Counted from the first letter of the stretch, positions 41,258-50,432 are shown. The stretch is 64,000 nt of DNA from an uncultured Clostridia bacterium (GCA_947389015.1 CANDVA010000001.1:68142-132141); one strand, 5' to 3'. A program made the numbers and translations. Notes: generated by a model not told the origin, from the sequence alone.

Positions 41258-41286
41258 TTGACAATGGGATTGTAATAAGTTATAAT
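41258..41286 (+). promoter_or_regulatory. Consensus promoter TTGACA-17-TATAAT
   Basis: TTGACA at 41258-41263 and TATAAT at 41281-41286, 41 nt before the ATG at 41328. Confidence 0.5.
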
Positions 41287-41327
41287 TAACATAGGGACAA
41301 ATTCTTTTATAAGAGAGGTGAGCGGAA

Positions 41328-44300
41328 ATGGCAAACGAATTGTTGGAAGAGATGGAAAAGGCGCGGCAGGAAATAAAGCGCTTGAAAATATCTCTTCGGG
41401 CTGAACAGCTGCGCACCAAAATTTGTTCGGAGTATTCCAACTTCGGATTGTGGGAGTATGACATAGCAACAGACATTTGCTATCAATATAAAAAGCTCAG
41501 CGGAAGATACGAAAATAATCTGGAGCCTATCGTGCATTTCAGGGACTCTGTGATAAGCTGGGGCATCGTGTGTACGGAGGATCTTCCCGCGTTCAACCGC
41601 TTCTGCGACGCTATGGAACGCGGCGACAGTGAAATGTCCTGCGATTTGCGCGTGATCAACGATAACTGCGAAATGATATGGATGCGCTATGAAGGCAAAA
41701 CCACGCTTGACGACAGCGGCGAGCCCGTAAAAGTCATCGGGCGCACTCTTGACGTCACCGAGCAGAAGGGCGGAATAGAAACGTCCACTCACGCGGGAAG
41801 AGACAGCCTTACCGGGGCGTATTCCCCCGAGCTTTTCCGCGATTGTGTGCTGGAAAGACGCGCGGGCGTCAACCGTTATAAAAACGCAGCTCTGCTGTCC
41901 GTGGGAGTTGATAATTTTCGTGCCGTAATGGCAGAGCATGGCGTAGAGTATTCGGATTATATTCAGAAAACCGTTTCGGAGCTACTGGAGAATATCTGCT
42001 CTGTAGAGCACGACAGCGTACTTTCGCGCGTCCGCGACGGCGAATTTCTGCTGTATCTCAGCTTTTCCGACCTATCCGCGCTCAACGTGATAGCGCGGCG
42101 CGTTATCAGAACTATAAACGACTACATATTTGACGGCGCGTCCATTACGGCAAGCGTTGGAGTTTCGTTGTTCAAAAACGGACGCAAGCTCGAAGAGGTC
42201 TACAAAGAATCTTATGCGGCTCTTTCCGAAGCGCATAATAGCGGCGGAGCGTGTTTTATGCACTACACCGCGGCAATGTCCGCCAGAAAGCTCCCGACAG
42301 AGCCTACCGCTATTGATAACGCGACTCTTTCAAGCGGTGCGGCAAAGGTGTACGATCTTATCATCAGGGCGTTTTGCAGTGAAAGCGACCGTCCGATAAT
42401 GCTTAAAGCGGCTTTTCAGGCAGCGGGACAGTGTCTTGGCGCGTCTAATATATATGTGTTCAACAACGACGGCGGTAAGTTCCGCCGCTTTATGACTTAT
42501 AATTCCACTGGAAAGTCCTCCGAGCAATGTCCGCGCATTGGGCAGAGCTGCTCGGACGAGGACGTTCGCAGAATATTTGCGGGGCGCAGCAAGCTGCGTC
42601 TGCACAGCGCGGGAGAGCGAATCAACGGACTTTCACTGGAAAACGGCGCGGTATGCGCGGAGTGCCGCGCGATACGCTGCAAGGGCGAGATAGCTGTGTA
42701 TTTCGCGGTGATCTTCGACAGCAGATTTGAATTGTCGGAGCAGGATCTGCAGATTATCGACGGTCTCGCGAACGCGCTTACCGAGATGTACGCAATGTAT
42801 GTCGACAGCAAGCTCGGCGAACTGAGCGGCAGGCTCAAGAACACGATAATCAGCAACCACCGCATGGAGGGCTTTTCGCTGATCCCGGGCACTTTCGTTG
42901 CGGAGGTTGTCGGCGAAAACGCTTCGGAGCATTACGGAATGAAACCGGGAGATATATGCTATAAGAAAATGCGCGGGCGCGACGAGCCCTGCGCAAACTG
43001 TCCCGCATTACAGCTTGACAATTCCGATAAACTGTTCGCGTCCTCGGCATATTACGACGAGATCGACCGCCGTTGGCTGGACGTCACCGCGTCCGTTGAG
43101 GAAAACTCGGACGGCGAGCACCGTTACATTATAAGCTCCACCGACATCACGGACTGCCTCGGAAATATACGTATGACAGATTCGCTTACCGGCGTTATGA
43201 CGTTTGACGTATTCACAGCGGAGGCGCTGAAAATAACCTCCGCGGAAAATTTCGGCGATATGGCGGGCAGCTTTGTCGCGGTGATAAATGTTGCGGAATT
43301 CCGTAGGATAAACGAGGAAAAGGGCTTTGAACTCGGAAATTCCATATTGGTGTCGATAGCGGAGATAATACAGCGTTGCATCGGAAACAGCGAGCTGCTG
43401 GGGCGTTCGGAGGGGTCACGGTTCGCGGCTCTTTTCAGAAACACCGACAGCGACGAGTTCACCTCCCGTATGAACCTCATGCTCAACAGTATCCAGCGGC
43501 AGATCTACGAAAAGCTCCACGTACAGATATATCTGCTTGTGGGCGTATGCGATATGAACGACGACCCTGTCGGCTTTATGGGCGCGCTTGACAGAGCTAT
43601 CACCGCACAGAAGACAATCCGCGACAGGGCGTACTATCATGAAAATCTGGTAGTGTTCTATGACGGAGCGCTTCGTGAAAAGATACAGGAGCGCCGCCAC
43701 ATTGAGGCGAATATGATATCCGCGCTTGAAAACGACGAATTCCACGTTTTCTATCAGCCCAAGGTAAACATCGCTACGGGCAGAGTTGTGGGAGCGGAGG
43801 CGCTCGTGCGCTGGATAAGACCCGACGGCGAGATCATATCACCGGGTAAATTCGTTCCGATATTTGAGGAGAACGGCTTTATCACCGAAATGGATTTTGC
43901 TATATACCGCACCGCAATAGCGGATATAAAACGCTGGCTGCGCGAGGGAATTGAAGTCCCGCTGGTATCGCTGAACGTATCGCGCCATCACCTTGCGGAT
44001 GATAATTTCTGCGAAAAGCTGAACGCGCTTGTCGACAATATCGGCGTACCGCACGAACTTATTGAACTGGAGATCACCGAGAGCCTGCTCACCGAAAATC
44101 TCGACAAGCTTGTCGAAACTGTAACATGGTTTAAGGACAAAGGGTTCAGGATATCCATTGACGACTTTGGCTCGGGCTATTCGTCGCTCAATCTGATAAC
44201 AATGCTGCCGTTTGATACGCTGAAGATTGACGGAGGATTTTTCCTCCGAAACGACCTAACCGAAAAGAATAAAAAGGTCATCACATCGGTAGTCACGCTG

Positions 44301-44474
44301 GCTAAAAGCCTTAATCTCGAAACGGTCTCCGAAGGTGTTGAAACACAGGTTCAGGTAGATTTTCTCCGCGACCTCGGCTGCGATATGATACAGGGCTTCT
44401 TCTACTATAAGCCGATGACGTGCAGCGATTTCCATGAGCTGCTTCAATCACAGACGGAAAAAACAAAGGCCTAA
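41328..44474 (+). CDS. Cytoplasmic multi-domain c-di-GMP protein: PAS, degenerate GGDEF, sensor region incl. Cys-containing PAS-like module, second degenerate GGDEF, EAL
   Basis: Two GGDEF-like domains have motifs RDGEF and EGSRF. EAL motifs are intact (EALVRW, EITES, DDFGSGYSSL, KIDGGF, EGVET, QGFFY). Confidence 0.9.
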   Translation: MANELLEEMEKARQEIKRLKISLRAEQLRTKICSEYSNFGLWEYDIATDICYQYKKLSGRYENNLEPIVHFRDSVISWGIVCTEDLPAFNRFCDAMERGDSEMSCDLRVINDNCEMIWMRYEGKTTLDDSGEPVKVIGRTLDVTEQKGGIETSTHAGRDSLTGAYSPELFRDCVLERRAGVNRYKNAALLSVGVDNFRAVMAEHGVEYSDYIQKTVSELLENICSVEHDSVLSRVRDGEFLLYLSFSDLSALNVIARRVIRTINDYIFDGASITASVGVSLFKNGRKLEEVYKESYAALSEAHNSGGACFMHYTAAMSARKLPTEPTAIDNATLSSGAAKVYDLIIRAFCSESDRPIMLKAAFQAAGQCLGASNIYVFNNDGGKFRRFMTYNSTGKSSEQCPRIGQSCSDEDVRRIFAGRSKLRLHSAGERINGLSLENGAVCAECRAIRCKGEIAVYFAVIFDSRFELSEQDLQIIDGLANALTEMYAMYVDSKLGELSGRLKNTIISNHRMEGFSLIPGTFVAEVVGENASEHYGMKPGDICYKKMRGRDEPCANCPALQLDNSDKLFASSAYYDEIDRRWLDVTASVEENSDGEHRYIISSTDITDCLGNIRMTDSLTGVMTFDVFTAEALKITSAENFGDMAGSFVAVINVAEFRRINEEKGFELGNSILVSIAEIIQRCIGNSELLGRSEGSRFAALFRNTDSDEFTSRMNLMLNSIQRQIYEKLHVQIYLLVGVCDMNDDPVGFMGALDRAITAQKTIRDRAYYHENLVVFYDGALREKIQERRHIEANMISALENDEFHVFYQPKVNIATGRVVGAEALVRWIRPDGEIISPGKFVPIFEENGFITEMDFAIYRTAIADIKRWLREGIEVPLVSLNVSRHHLADDNFCEKLNALVDNIGVPHELIELEITESLLTENLDKLVETVTWFKDKGFRISIDDFGSGYSSLNLITMLPFDTLKIDGGFFLRNDLTEKNKKVITSVVTLAKSLNLETVSEGVETQVQVDFLRDLGCDMIQGFFYYKPMTCSDFHELLQSQTEKTKA

Positions 44475-44504
44475 CATCTCAGCCGCCGATCACAAATCGG
44501 CGGC

Positions 44505-45335
44505 TTGGTTAATGGGAGAGTGATCAACTTGAATTGTAAAAGTCTGTACGAATTTGAAAAGTGTGCAAGCGGTCTGTCGCTTAAAAAATTTATTGCGGCA
44601 AACGACAGCAGCGTTACCGATATCGTTATCCCGTCGGAGTATTCGGGCGTACCCGTAACAGAAATAGGCTTTGAAGCGTTTGCACGGTCTCCGTTTATAA
44701 AGACGCTCGTTATTTCCAAGAGCATACAAAAGCTGGGCGGCGGAGCGTTCCGAGAGTGTAAGCGGCTGGAAAACGTTCACGTCTCGGGAAGTGCTCGTCA
44801 GTTGCCCGCGGCTATGTTTTTCGGGTGTTCGTCGCTGAAAAGCGCGGAACTCGGCGAGGGCGTTGAGGTCATCGGGAGCAACGCGTTTCGCAAATGTAAG
44901 TCACTGGAAAATATAGCGCTGCCAAAAAGTCTGCGGAATATCGAAAGCTGCGCGTTTCTGGAGTCTCCGAGATTGCCTGCCGAAATAGTTATGATGGGGC
45001 TTGCGGGTTCGACCGACAGCACAAAGCCGTTTAAACATTATGTTGAATTTGATTGGGAAAACGCCTTGCGCCCCGACGTTTTCAATCTCGCTCTGAAATA
45101 CGGCAGCTACGACAGTAACCGTGACCTTGCGCTCGTCCAAATTGTAAAACGTGATCTCACGGAGTATTTAGAGCTTGTTGAACAGGCAGGCTGGCTTGAA
45201 AACAAAGATGAAGATTACATAGAAAGAACTATGTTGATCGCCGTTTCGTTTCGTAAAGCCGAGGCGGCGGCTTGGCTGCTCGGCTATAAAAAGCGCAGAT
45301 TTGGATTTAACGGAGGAACCGCTCTTGAACTATGA
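44505..45335 (+). CDS. Leucine-rich repeat (BspA-type/LRR_5) protein with helical C-terminal domain, paralogue 1
   Basis: ~24-aa repeats of the form IPxxVxxIGxxAFxxCxxLxxV and no signal peptide. The likely true start is the TTG at 44529, after GGGAGAG. Confidence 0.75.
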   Translation: MVNGRVINLNCKSLYEFEKCASGLSLKKFIAANDSSVTDIVIPSEYSGVPVTEIGFEAFARSPFIKTLVISKSIQKLGGGAFRECKRLENVHVSGSARQLPAAMFFGCSSLKSAELGEGVEVIGSNAFRKCKSLENIALPKSLRNIESCAFLESPRLPAEIVMMGLAGSTDSTKPFKHYVEFDWENALRPDVFNLALKYGSYDSNRDLALVQIVKRDLTEYLELVEQAGWLENKDEDYIERTMLIAVSFRKAEAAAWLLGYKKRRFGFNGGTALEL

Positions 45336-46179
45336 CGAAATGTTCGAATTTGAAAAGATCGGCGGCGGCTACGCGCTGACCTCATATCTGAAAAAGGACG
45401 ACAAAAGCATACATAAAATCGAGATACCGTCCGAGTATCACGGCGAGCCCGTCATAGTTATCGGCGAGAGGGCTTTTGAATATTCGGGGATCGAAGAGGT
45501 GTATATACCTCCCGAGGTAGAGGTTATTGATCGCAACGCGTTTTTTCTCTGTGACTGTCTTTGCGCGGTCGAGTTTTCGGAGGGGCTGCGCGTGATAGGG
45601 AACGACGCGTTCAGCAAATGCGATGGCGCGCTTTTTTCGGTGACACTGCCTAAAAGTCTGGAGCGTATAGACGACTGGGCGTTTGAAGGCTGTTATAATC
45701 TCAAGAGCGTAACATTTCTCAACCCCTTTACGATCATCGGGCAATATGTGTTTTTAAGTTGTTATAAGTTGGCGCCGGAAACGCAGCTTATGGGTATCCT
45801 ACGCTCATGCGACATTACCCGGTCCATTCCCAAATCGGAGTATATGCAATGGGAAAAGGGGCGGCAGCTTGATAAGTCGATTGCCTTGATAAGCTACCCG
45901 ATCCTGTTTAAGGACGTTTTTGCGCTCGCCGCGAAAAACAATTGCTTCCGAAGCGTTATAGGTCGTGAGGAGCTTGTGAATTTGCTTGAGGTCATCATAA
46001 ACTTCGGTTGGATGGATCATCTGCGTATTGCCGCGGACGGAGGGTCGCTCGACGACAGAGAGCTGCTCGATAAGCTCACGGATATCTCCATACAAAAGGA
46101 CGACACCGAGCTTACCGCTTGGCTTCTAGACCATAAAAACAAAAATATCGGCTTTTCGGGGAATAATTATGAACTATGA
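45325..46179 (+). CDS. Leucine-rich repeat (BspA-type/LRR_5) protein, paralogue 2
   Basis: Same architecture as paralogue 1. The TTG start at 45325 lies 6 nt after GGAGGAA and gives MNYDEMFEFEK, parallel to paralogue 3. It overlaps paralogue 1 by 11 nt. Confidence 0.75.
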   Translation: MNYDEMFEFEKIGGGYALTSYLKKDDKSIHKIEIPSEYHGEPVIVIGERAFEYSGIEEVYIPPEVEVIDRNAFFLCDCLCAVEFSEGLRVIGNDAFSKCDGALFSVTLPKSLERIDDWAFEGCYNLKSVTFLNPFTIIGQYVFLSCYKLAPETQLMGILRSCDITRSIPKSEYMQWEKGRQLDKSIALISYPILFKDVFALAAKNNCFRSVIGREELVNLLEVIINFGWMDHLRIAADGGSLDDRELLDKLTDISIQKDDTELTAWLLDHKNKNIGFSGNNYEL

Positions 46180-47068
46180 ACAGGATAATCTTACGCTGGC
46201 AAAGCTCTTCGAGTTCGCACGAACCGAGGACTCTTTCGAGCTGAAGCGCTACTTACAGCCCGACAACAGCGCCGTGACCGAGATAGAGATACCGCCGACA
46301 TTCCGTTTCGTAAGGGTCGGGAGCATAGCGCCGAGAGCCTTTGAGGACGCGATATACCTGAAATCCGTGACCGTTCCCGAGACGATACGGAGTATCGGCA
46401 TAAGAGCGTTTGACGGCTGCGCCTCGCTTGAAAATATCGTCCTGCCCGCGAGGCTTAAAATAGTTGCCGGAGGACTGTTCAGCCATTGCAATTCGCTGAG
46501 GCGCGTTGAACTGCCCGATGGGGTCGACGTCATACGTCCTAACACGTTTTCGCAATGCCCCGAGCTGGAGGAGGTCGTGCTTCCGAGTGGAATGTGTATG
46601 CTCCTCGGCAACGCGTTTATCGACTGCCCTAAGCTGCGAAGCGTGATCTTCCCCGAGGATAACACCATAACGCTGTTGGGCAGGACGTTTATAAATTGTC
46701 CGCAGCTGCCGGCGGAGGTGATGATGTACTCGCTTATCGGCTCCAACGATATCCGTCTTCCGTTCGCATACAACGCGCACTTTGATTGGGATGCCGCACT
46801 CCGCCGCGACGTTTTCGAGCTTGCTCTGCAACATAACAGCTTTGAGCATGTCGGAAAATCAATGATATTTACAAGCATTATCGACAGAGACCTGATAGAG
46901 CTTTTGCCGCTCGCCGCGGGAATGCTGGATAATTCCCTTTCGGAGACCCTCGCGGACTACTCCGCCGACCATGGAAAAGCCGAGATCACCGCATGGCTGT
47001 TGAATTTTAAAAACGGCAGGGGTGAAAAAACTATCGCTGAAAAAATCGACAAAATGTTTGAGCTTTGA
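46169..47068 (+). CDS. Leucine-rich repeat (BspA-type/LRR_5) protein, paralogue 3
   Basis: Same architecture. The ATG at 46169 overlaps paralogue 2 by 11 nt. Confidence 0.75.
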   Translation: MNYEQDNLTLAKLFEFARTEDSFELKRYLQPDNSAVTEIEIPPTFRFVRVGSIAPRAFEDAIYLKSVTVPETIRSIGIRAFDGCASLENIVLPARLKIVAGGLFSHCNSLRRVELPDGVDVIRPNTFSQCPELEEVVLPSGMCMLLGNAFIDCPKLRSVIFPEDNTITLLGRTFINCPQLPAEVMMYSLIGSNDIRLPFAYNAHFDWDAALRRDVFELALQHNSFEHVGKSMIFTSIIDRDLIELLPLAAGMLDNSLSETLADYSADHGKAEITAWLLNFKNGRGEKTIAEKIDKMFEL

Positions 47069-47118
47069 GCGGACTTTATTTCTTAAACATGAACTAAAGT
47101 TTTTAACGTTTTTAACAC

Positions 47119-47268
47119 GGTTTTCAACTTTTTAAAGGGCATTATGGTGCAAAATGGACGTTTTTTTCTCAAAAAATGTTGAAAACTCCTCCAAACTGCT
47201 AACTTTTCAACAGTTTTAATCCATCTTTCAACTGTTTTTACAGTTGAAAATGTGGAATATTTTCAATT
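47119..47268. repeat. Cluster of six GTTGAAAA/TTTTCAAC motif copies, including a perfect 10-bp inverted repeat
   Basis: Copies lie at 47120-47128, 47178-47186, 47203-47211, 47226-47235, 47240-47249 and 47260-47267 (variant). TTTCAACTGT-tttt-ACAGTTGAAA spans 47226-47249. Confidence 0.5.
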
Positions 47269-47319
47269 ATTTTTTACGTTCTGTAATAGATTAGCGGAAA
47301 TAAATTTTACCGTTTATGA

Positions 47320-47366
47320 ACAAAAGTATCAGCCCCGTCGACAAAAAAGTCATGCCGACAGGGCTG
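47320..47366 (-). terminator. Probable terminator of the GH26 gene
   Basis: 11-bp stem with one mismatch (CAGCCCCGTCG/CGACAGGGCTG) and a 15-nt loop. On the minus strand it is followed by AUACUUUUG. Confidence 0.45.
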
Positions 47367-47387
47367 TGTTATTCTGTAATATTGAAA

Positions 47388-48767
47388 TCAGGAATGAGGC
47401 TGCCTTGTTGCATCCCATACCCGAATAGGCTCCGGAATATTGCGCTCTCCGCAGAACTCGGGCAGATCCTTCCAGGAAATAACCGCGGGATTGCCGAAAT
47501 ATTCCTTAAGCATCTCAACGGAAAGCCTTTCGGAATTGGGCTGCGGCGTGCCGAAAAGATCGCACTTTGGTATCGACGAGCCCGGGCTTGACGGCTCATA
47601 AATAAAGTCGCCGTACCAAGGCATAAAGTAGAGCCACATTACTCCCTCGTCAATGCACTGCTGCGGGTCGGGAATATTTCCGCACTCGGTGAGCGCCAAC
47701 ATTTTACCCTCATAGGTCATGTTCTTAAGCTCTTCGTATTTTTTCGTCTGCGGGGAATGATCATCCTTGGACGGATATACGTCCGTACCCGCAATATCAT
47801 AGGTGTTGGGGTCGACTTCGCACATCTTTGTCTGACCGTTCCATATCCAGATCAGATTTGAAAGCTTGTGATAATTTTCAAAGCGGTCGTACATCATATA
47901 CCAAAGTCTCTGGTACGTTTCATATGTGCCCGCTTTGATCGCGTCGCGGTCTCCGGGCTGAATTCCCCACCAGAACCAGCTCCCGCTTGCCTCGTGGAAC
48001 GGACGCCACAGCACGGTCACTCCCGCCGCCTCCAGCTCCTGGAGAAAGCTTGCCACAAGATCCATATCGTGTACTGCGACCTCGTACTCCTTAGTGCCCG
48101 GAGTAGACGCCTTCAGCGGATCGAAGTTTCGGGTCTTTTCATCGCTCTCGGAATATTCGGGTCCGTAAAAAGCAACGCCCGAATTGGGATCGTCAATATC
48201 ACGCGGAACGTTCCAGTGCCATGTGAAAGTCACCAGACCGTTGCTTTCGGTCGCCCATTTCAGCGCCGCGTCAATATCGCCGCGGTTAGGATTGATACCC
48301 GTGACGAATATGAAATCATAGCCCTTCATTGCGGGAATATCATCTACGGCGTCGTAGTACACCTTGTCCTCAAAGGTCGCGCGATGATCCATCTGCTGCT
48401 GCGCGGAGATCATCTGTTTCCCGTAGCCCTCTTTCAGGAATTTCCACACCTTCATAGTCTCGGGGTTGTTACGTGCGTTGAGCGAAACGGGCTGGGAAAG
48501 GTCAACCTCGCGCTCGGAAAGGCTCTTTTTCAGCGCCTCGTAATCTGTCTCGTATGCCAAAGCTGCCTCCATGTCAATATCGCCGTCGGCGGTTTTCTTT
48601 ACAGGATTTGAAAGCGCGGTTGGGTTGCTCTCACCTCCGCTGCTTTCGTCGCCGACAGCGGACGAAGAGCCGTCCGAGGGCGTGTCGCTGCTGTTGACGC
48701 TCTTATCGCAAGCGGTGAGTGAAAGTATCATCGCGAGCGATAAAATGACAGATGCAAATTTTTTCAT
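47388..48767 (-). CDS. GH26 beta-mannanase lipoprotein
   Basis: Lipobox LSLTAC after the signal peptide, a Ser-rich linker, and the GH26 hallmark WRPFHEASGSWFWWG. Confidence 0.9.
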   Translation of the reverse strand: MKKFASVILSLAMILSLTACDKSVNSSDTPSDGSSSAVGDESSGGESNPTALSNPVKKTADGDIDMEAALAYETDYEALKKSLSEREVDLSQPVSLNARNNPETMKVWKFLKEGYGKQMISAQQQMDHRATFEDKVYYDAVDDIPAMKGYDFIFVTGINPNRGDIDAALKWATESNGLVTFTWHWNVPRDIDDPNSGVAFYGPEYSESDEKTRNFDPLKASTPGTKEYEVAVHDMDLVASFLQELEAAGVTVLWRPFHEASGSWFWWGIQPGDRDAIKAGTYETYQRLWYMMYDRFENYHKLSNLIWIWNGQTKMCEVDPNTYDIAGTDVYPSKDDHSPQTKKYEELKNMTYEGKMLALTECGNIPDPQQCIDEGVMWLYFMPWYGDFIYEPSSPGSSIPKCDLFGTPQPNSERLSVEMLKEYFGNPAVISWKDLPEFCGERNIPEPIRVWDATRQPHS

Positions 48768-48785
48768 TGTGTTCTCCTTTCAAAA

Positions 48786-48995
48786 TTATCTGAATAGCGT
48801 ACAATGCCCGCTTTTGCGGTAATAATCTATCCGCGCCTGAATAGCCTCGCGCGTCGTCTTGTAGTATGTCGCGAGACAGTCGATACAGAAAAACTCCCGA
48901 ACGTTGCGCGAGATGAGCTTCTGATTTATCGCGATATCGTCGCTGCCGAGCGGTGCGCCGCATTCCTTGCAGGTCTTTCGGTTCTCCATTATCAT
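48786..48995 (-). CDS. Small zinc-ribbon protein (CxxC...CxxC), function unknown
   Basis: 69 aa with CKEC at residues 9-12 and CIDC at 37-40. The start overlaps the GH27 stop (ATGA). Confidence 0.55.
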   Translation of the reverse strand: MIMENRKTCKECGAPLGSDDIAINQKLISRNVREFFCIDCLATYYKTTREAIQARIDYYRKSGHCTLFR

Positions 48996-50200
48996 ATTTT
49001 GACCATCTTAGTGCGCAGCATCATGCAGCCGTGCGGCTCGAGAGTGGTGACAAAACGCTCGGTAAATGTGCCGAGATTCTTCTTGTTCCAGCAGTCGTAC
49101 ATCTCCAGTGCGCGCCCCGAAGCATAGGGCAGCCCGATGTCCCAGAACTGAAGCGACATCTCGCTGTTTCTGTCGCCGAAGTTGAACAGACCTATCGCGA
49201 AACCGCCGTCGGACATGGGCTTAACAAGCGCGAAAACATTATCTGGGTTGTTCCACTGCCTTATGCAGTACGGTCCGCGGCACTCTATATCCTGATTTAT
49301 CGCAATGACTTCCTTGTTGGTGAGTATATTACGCGTCACGTCATCCATTTTGCGGATATCGCAGCCGATCATCAGCGGTGAATTCATAATAGCCCACAGT
49401 GAGAAATGCGTTCTGTACTCGGTATCAGTACAGCCTCCTATCGCGGGAGGAGCACCGGAGTCCTCGTCGGAGATGACGTTCACTCCCTCCTCGGAGGAGT
49501 TTATCCATTGATTATTCGAGCCGCCGCGCATACCTACGACAAGCATATCTATATCGTTATGGCAGAAATTTCCGCCGTAGCACTCGCTGCCAATCTGCGA
49601 CATGGCAAGGCGTTTTATCGACTCCCAGCTATCCTGGATATCGCCCGTGGAGCGGAACAGATGAGCGCCGCTCTCGCGTATCCACTTGTACACGCCGTCG
49701 TTGCCCCAATTGCAAGCCGAGAACATAATATCGCGGCCGCAATTGCGCAAAGCCATAGACATTCTTTTATAGAGTATCTCGCCCGGGATATGATCGGGCT
49801 TGTAGCAATAGTCGTATTTCAGGTAGTCGACACCCCACTCCGCGAAAGTCTCTGCGTCGTCGAATTCGTGCTCAAAACTGCCCGGATGCCCGCCGCAGGT
49901 ATGAGTTCCCGCACAGGAATAAATACCGAATTTCAATCCTTTGGAGTGAACATAATCCGCGACCGCCTTGATCCCGTTCGGAAACTTACAGTGATCGGGA
50001 ACCAGTCTTCCGCCGGCGTCACGCTGCTTTTCGCTCCAGCAGTCGTCGATAACGACGTATTCGTAGCCCGCCTCGCGCAGACCCTGCGTTTCAAACGCGT
50101 CCGCCGCCGATTTTATAAGCTCCTCGTTAATCTCCCATGTAAAGGTGTTCCATGAATTCCAGCCCATAGGAGGCGTCAACCCGAGAAATTTGTTATTCAT
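48992..50200 (-). CDS. GH27 alpha-galactosidase
   Basis: LTPPMGWNSWN, YVVIDDCW and YLKYDYC motifs. ATG at 50200 follows GGAGAA; the ORF-track start at 50269 adds 23 unlikely residues. Confidence 0.9.
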   Translation of the reverse strand: MNNKFLGLTPPMGWNSWNTFTWEINEELIKSAADAFETQGLREAGYEYVVIDDCWSEKQRDAGGRLVPDHCKFPNGIKAVADYVHSKGLKFGIYSCAGTHTCGGHPGSFEHEFDDAETFAEWGVDYLKYDYCYKPDHIPGEILYKRMSMALRNCGRDIMFSACNWGNDGVYKWIRESGAHLFRSTGDIQDSWESIKRLAMSQIGSECYGGNFCHNDIDMLVVGMRGGSNNQWINSSEEGVNVISDEDSGAPPAIGGCTDTEYRTHFSLWAIMNSPLMIGCDIRKMDDVTRNILTNKEVIAINQDIECRGPYCIRQWNNPDNVFALVKPMSDGGFAIGLFNFGDRNSEMSLQFWDIGLPYASGRALEMYDCWNKKNLGTFTERFVTTLEPHGCMMLRTKMVKI

Positions 50201-50381
50201 AGTGTGTTCTCCTACATATTTATTTAACGCGAGGTACCCCGCTTTGTTTAATTGTACCATACGGAACAAAAAAAGTCAATAGCGTTACGGGCTTTTAATT
50301 ACAAATTTTCTTAATAATGCTGTGTCAAAGACGACTTTTTTAAGTAAAACTCAGTTAATATTAACTTGAGGCAGATATGGT

Positions 50382-50414
50382 GAAAAATAAACGGCGGTGC
50401 AGCGGGTGCCGTTT
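50382..50414 (-). terminator. Probable terminator downstream of the LRR pseudogene
   Basis: 7-bp stem AAACGGC/GCCGTTT with a 12-nt loop. On the minus strand it is followed by UUUAUUUUU. Confidence 0.4.
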
Positions 50415-50432
50415 ATGTCGGTAATTCTTGTC

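Noticed and set aside
44481-44506. Hairpin AGCCGCCGAT-CACAA-ATCGGCGGCT after the second EAL gene as a terminator
   Set aside because: The stem is strong, but it is followed by TGGTTAAT rather than a U-tract, and the first LRR gene's SD and start follow immediately. It is probably at most a partial attenuator or RNA-stability element, so I did not list it as a terminator.
47119-47268. Motif array as a CRISPR array
   Set aside because: The repeats are only 8-10 nt long, occur in both orientations and have irregular 10-50-nt spacings. No cas genes are in the window.
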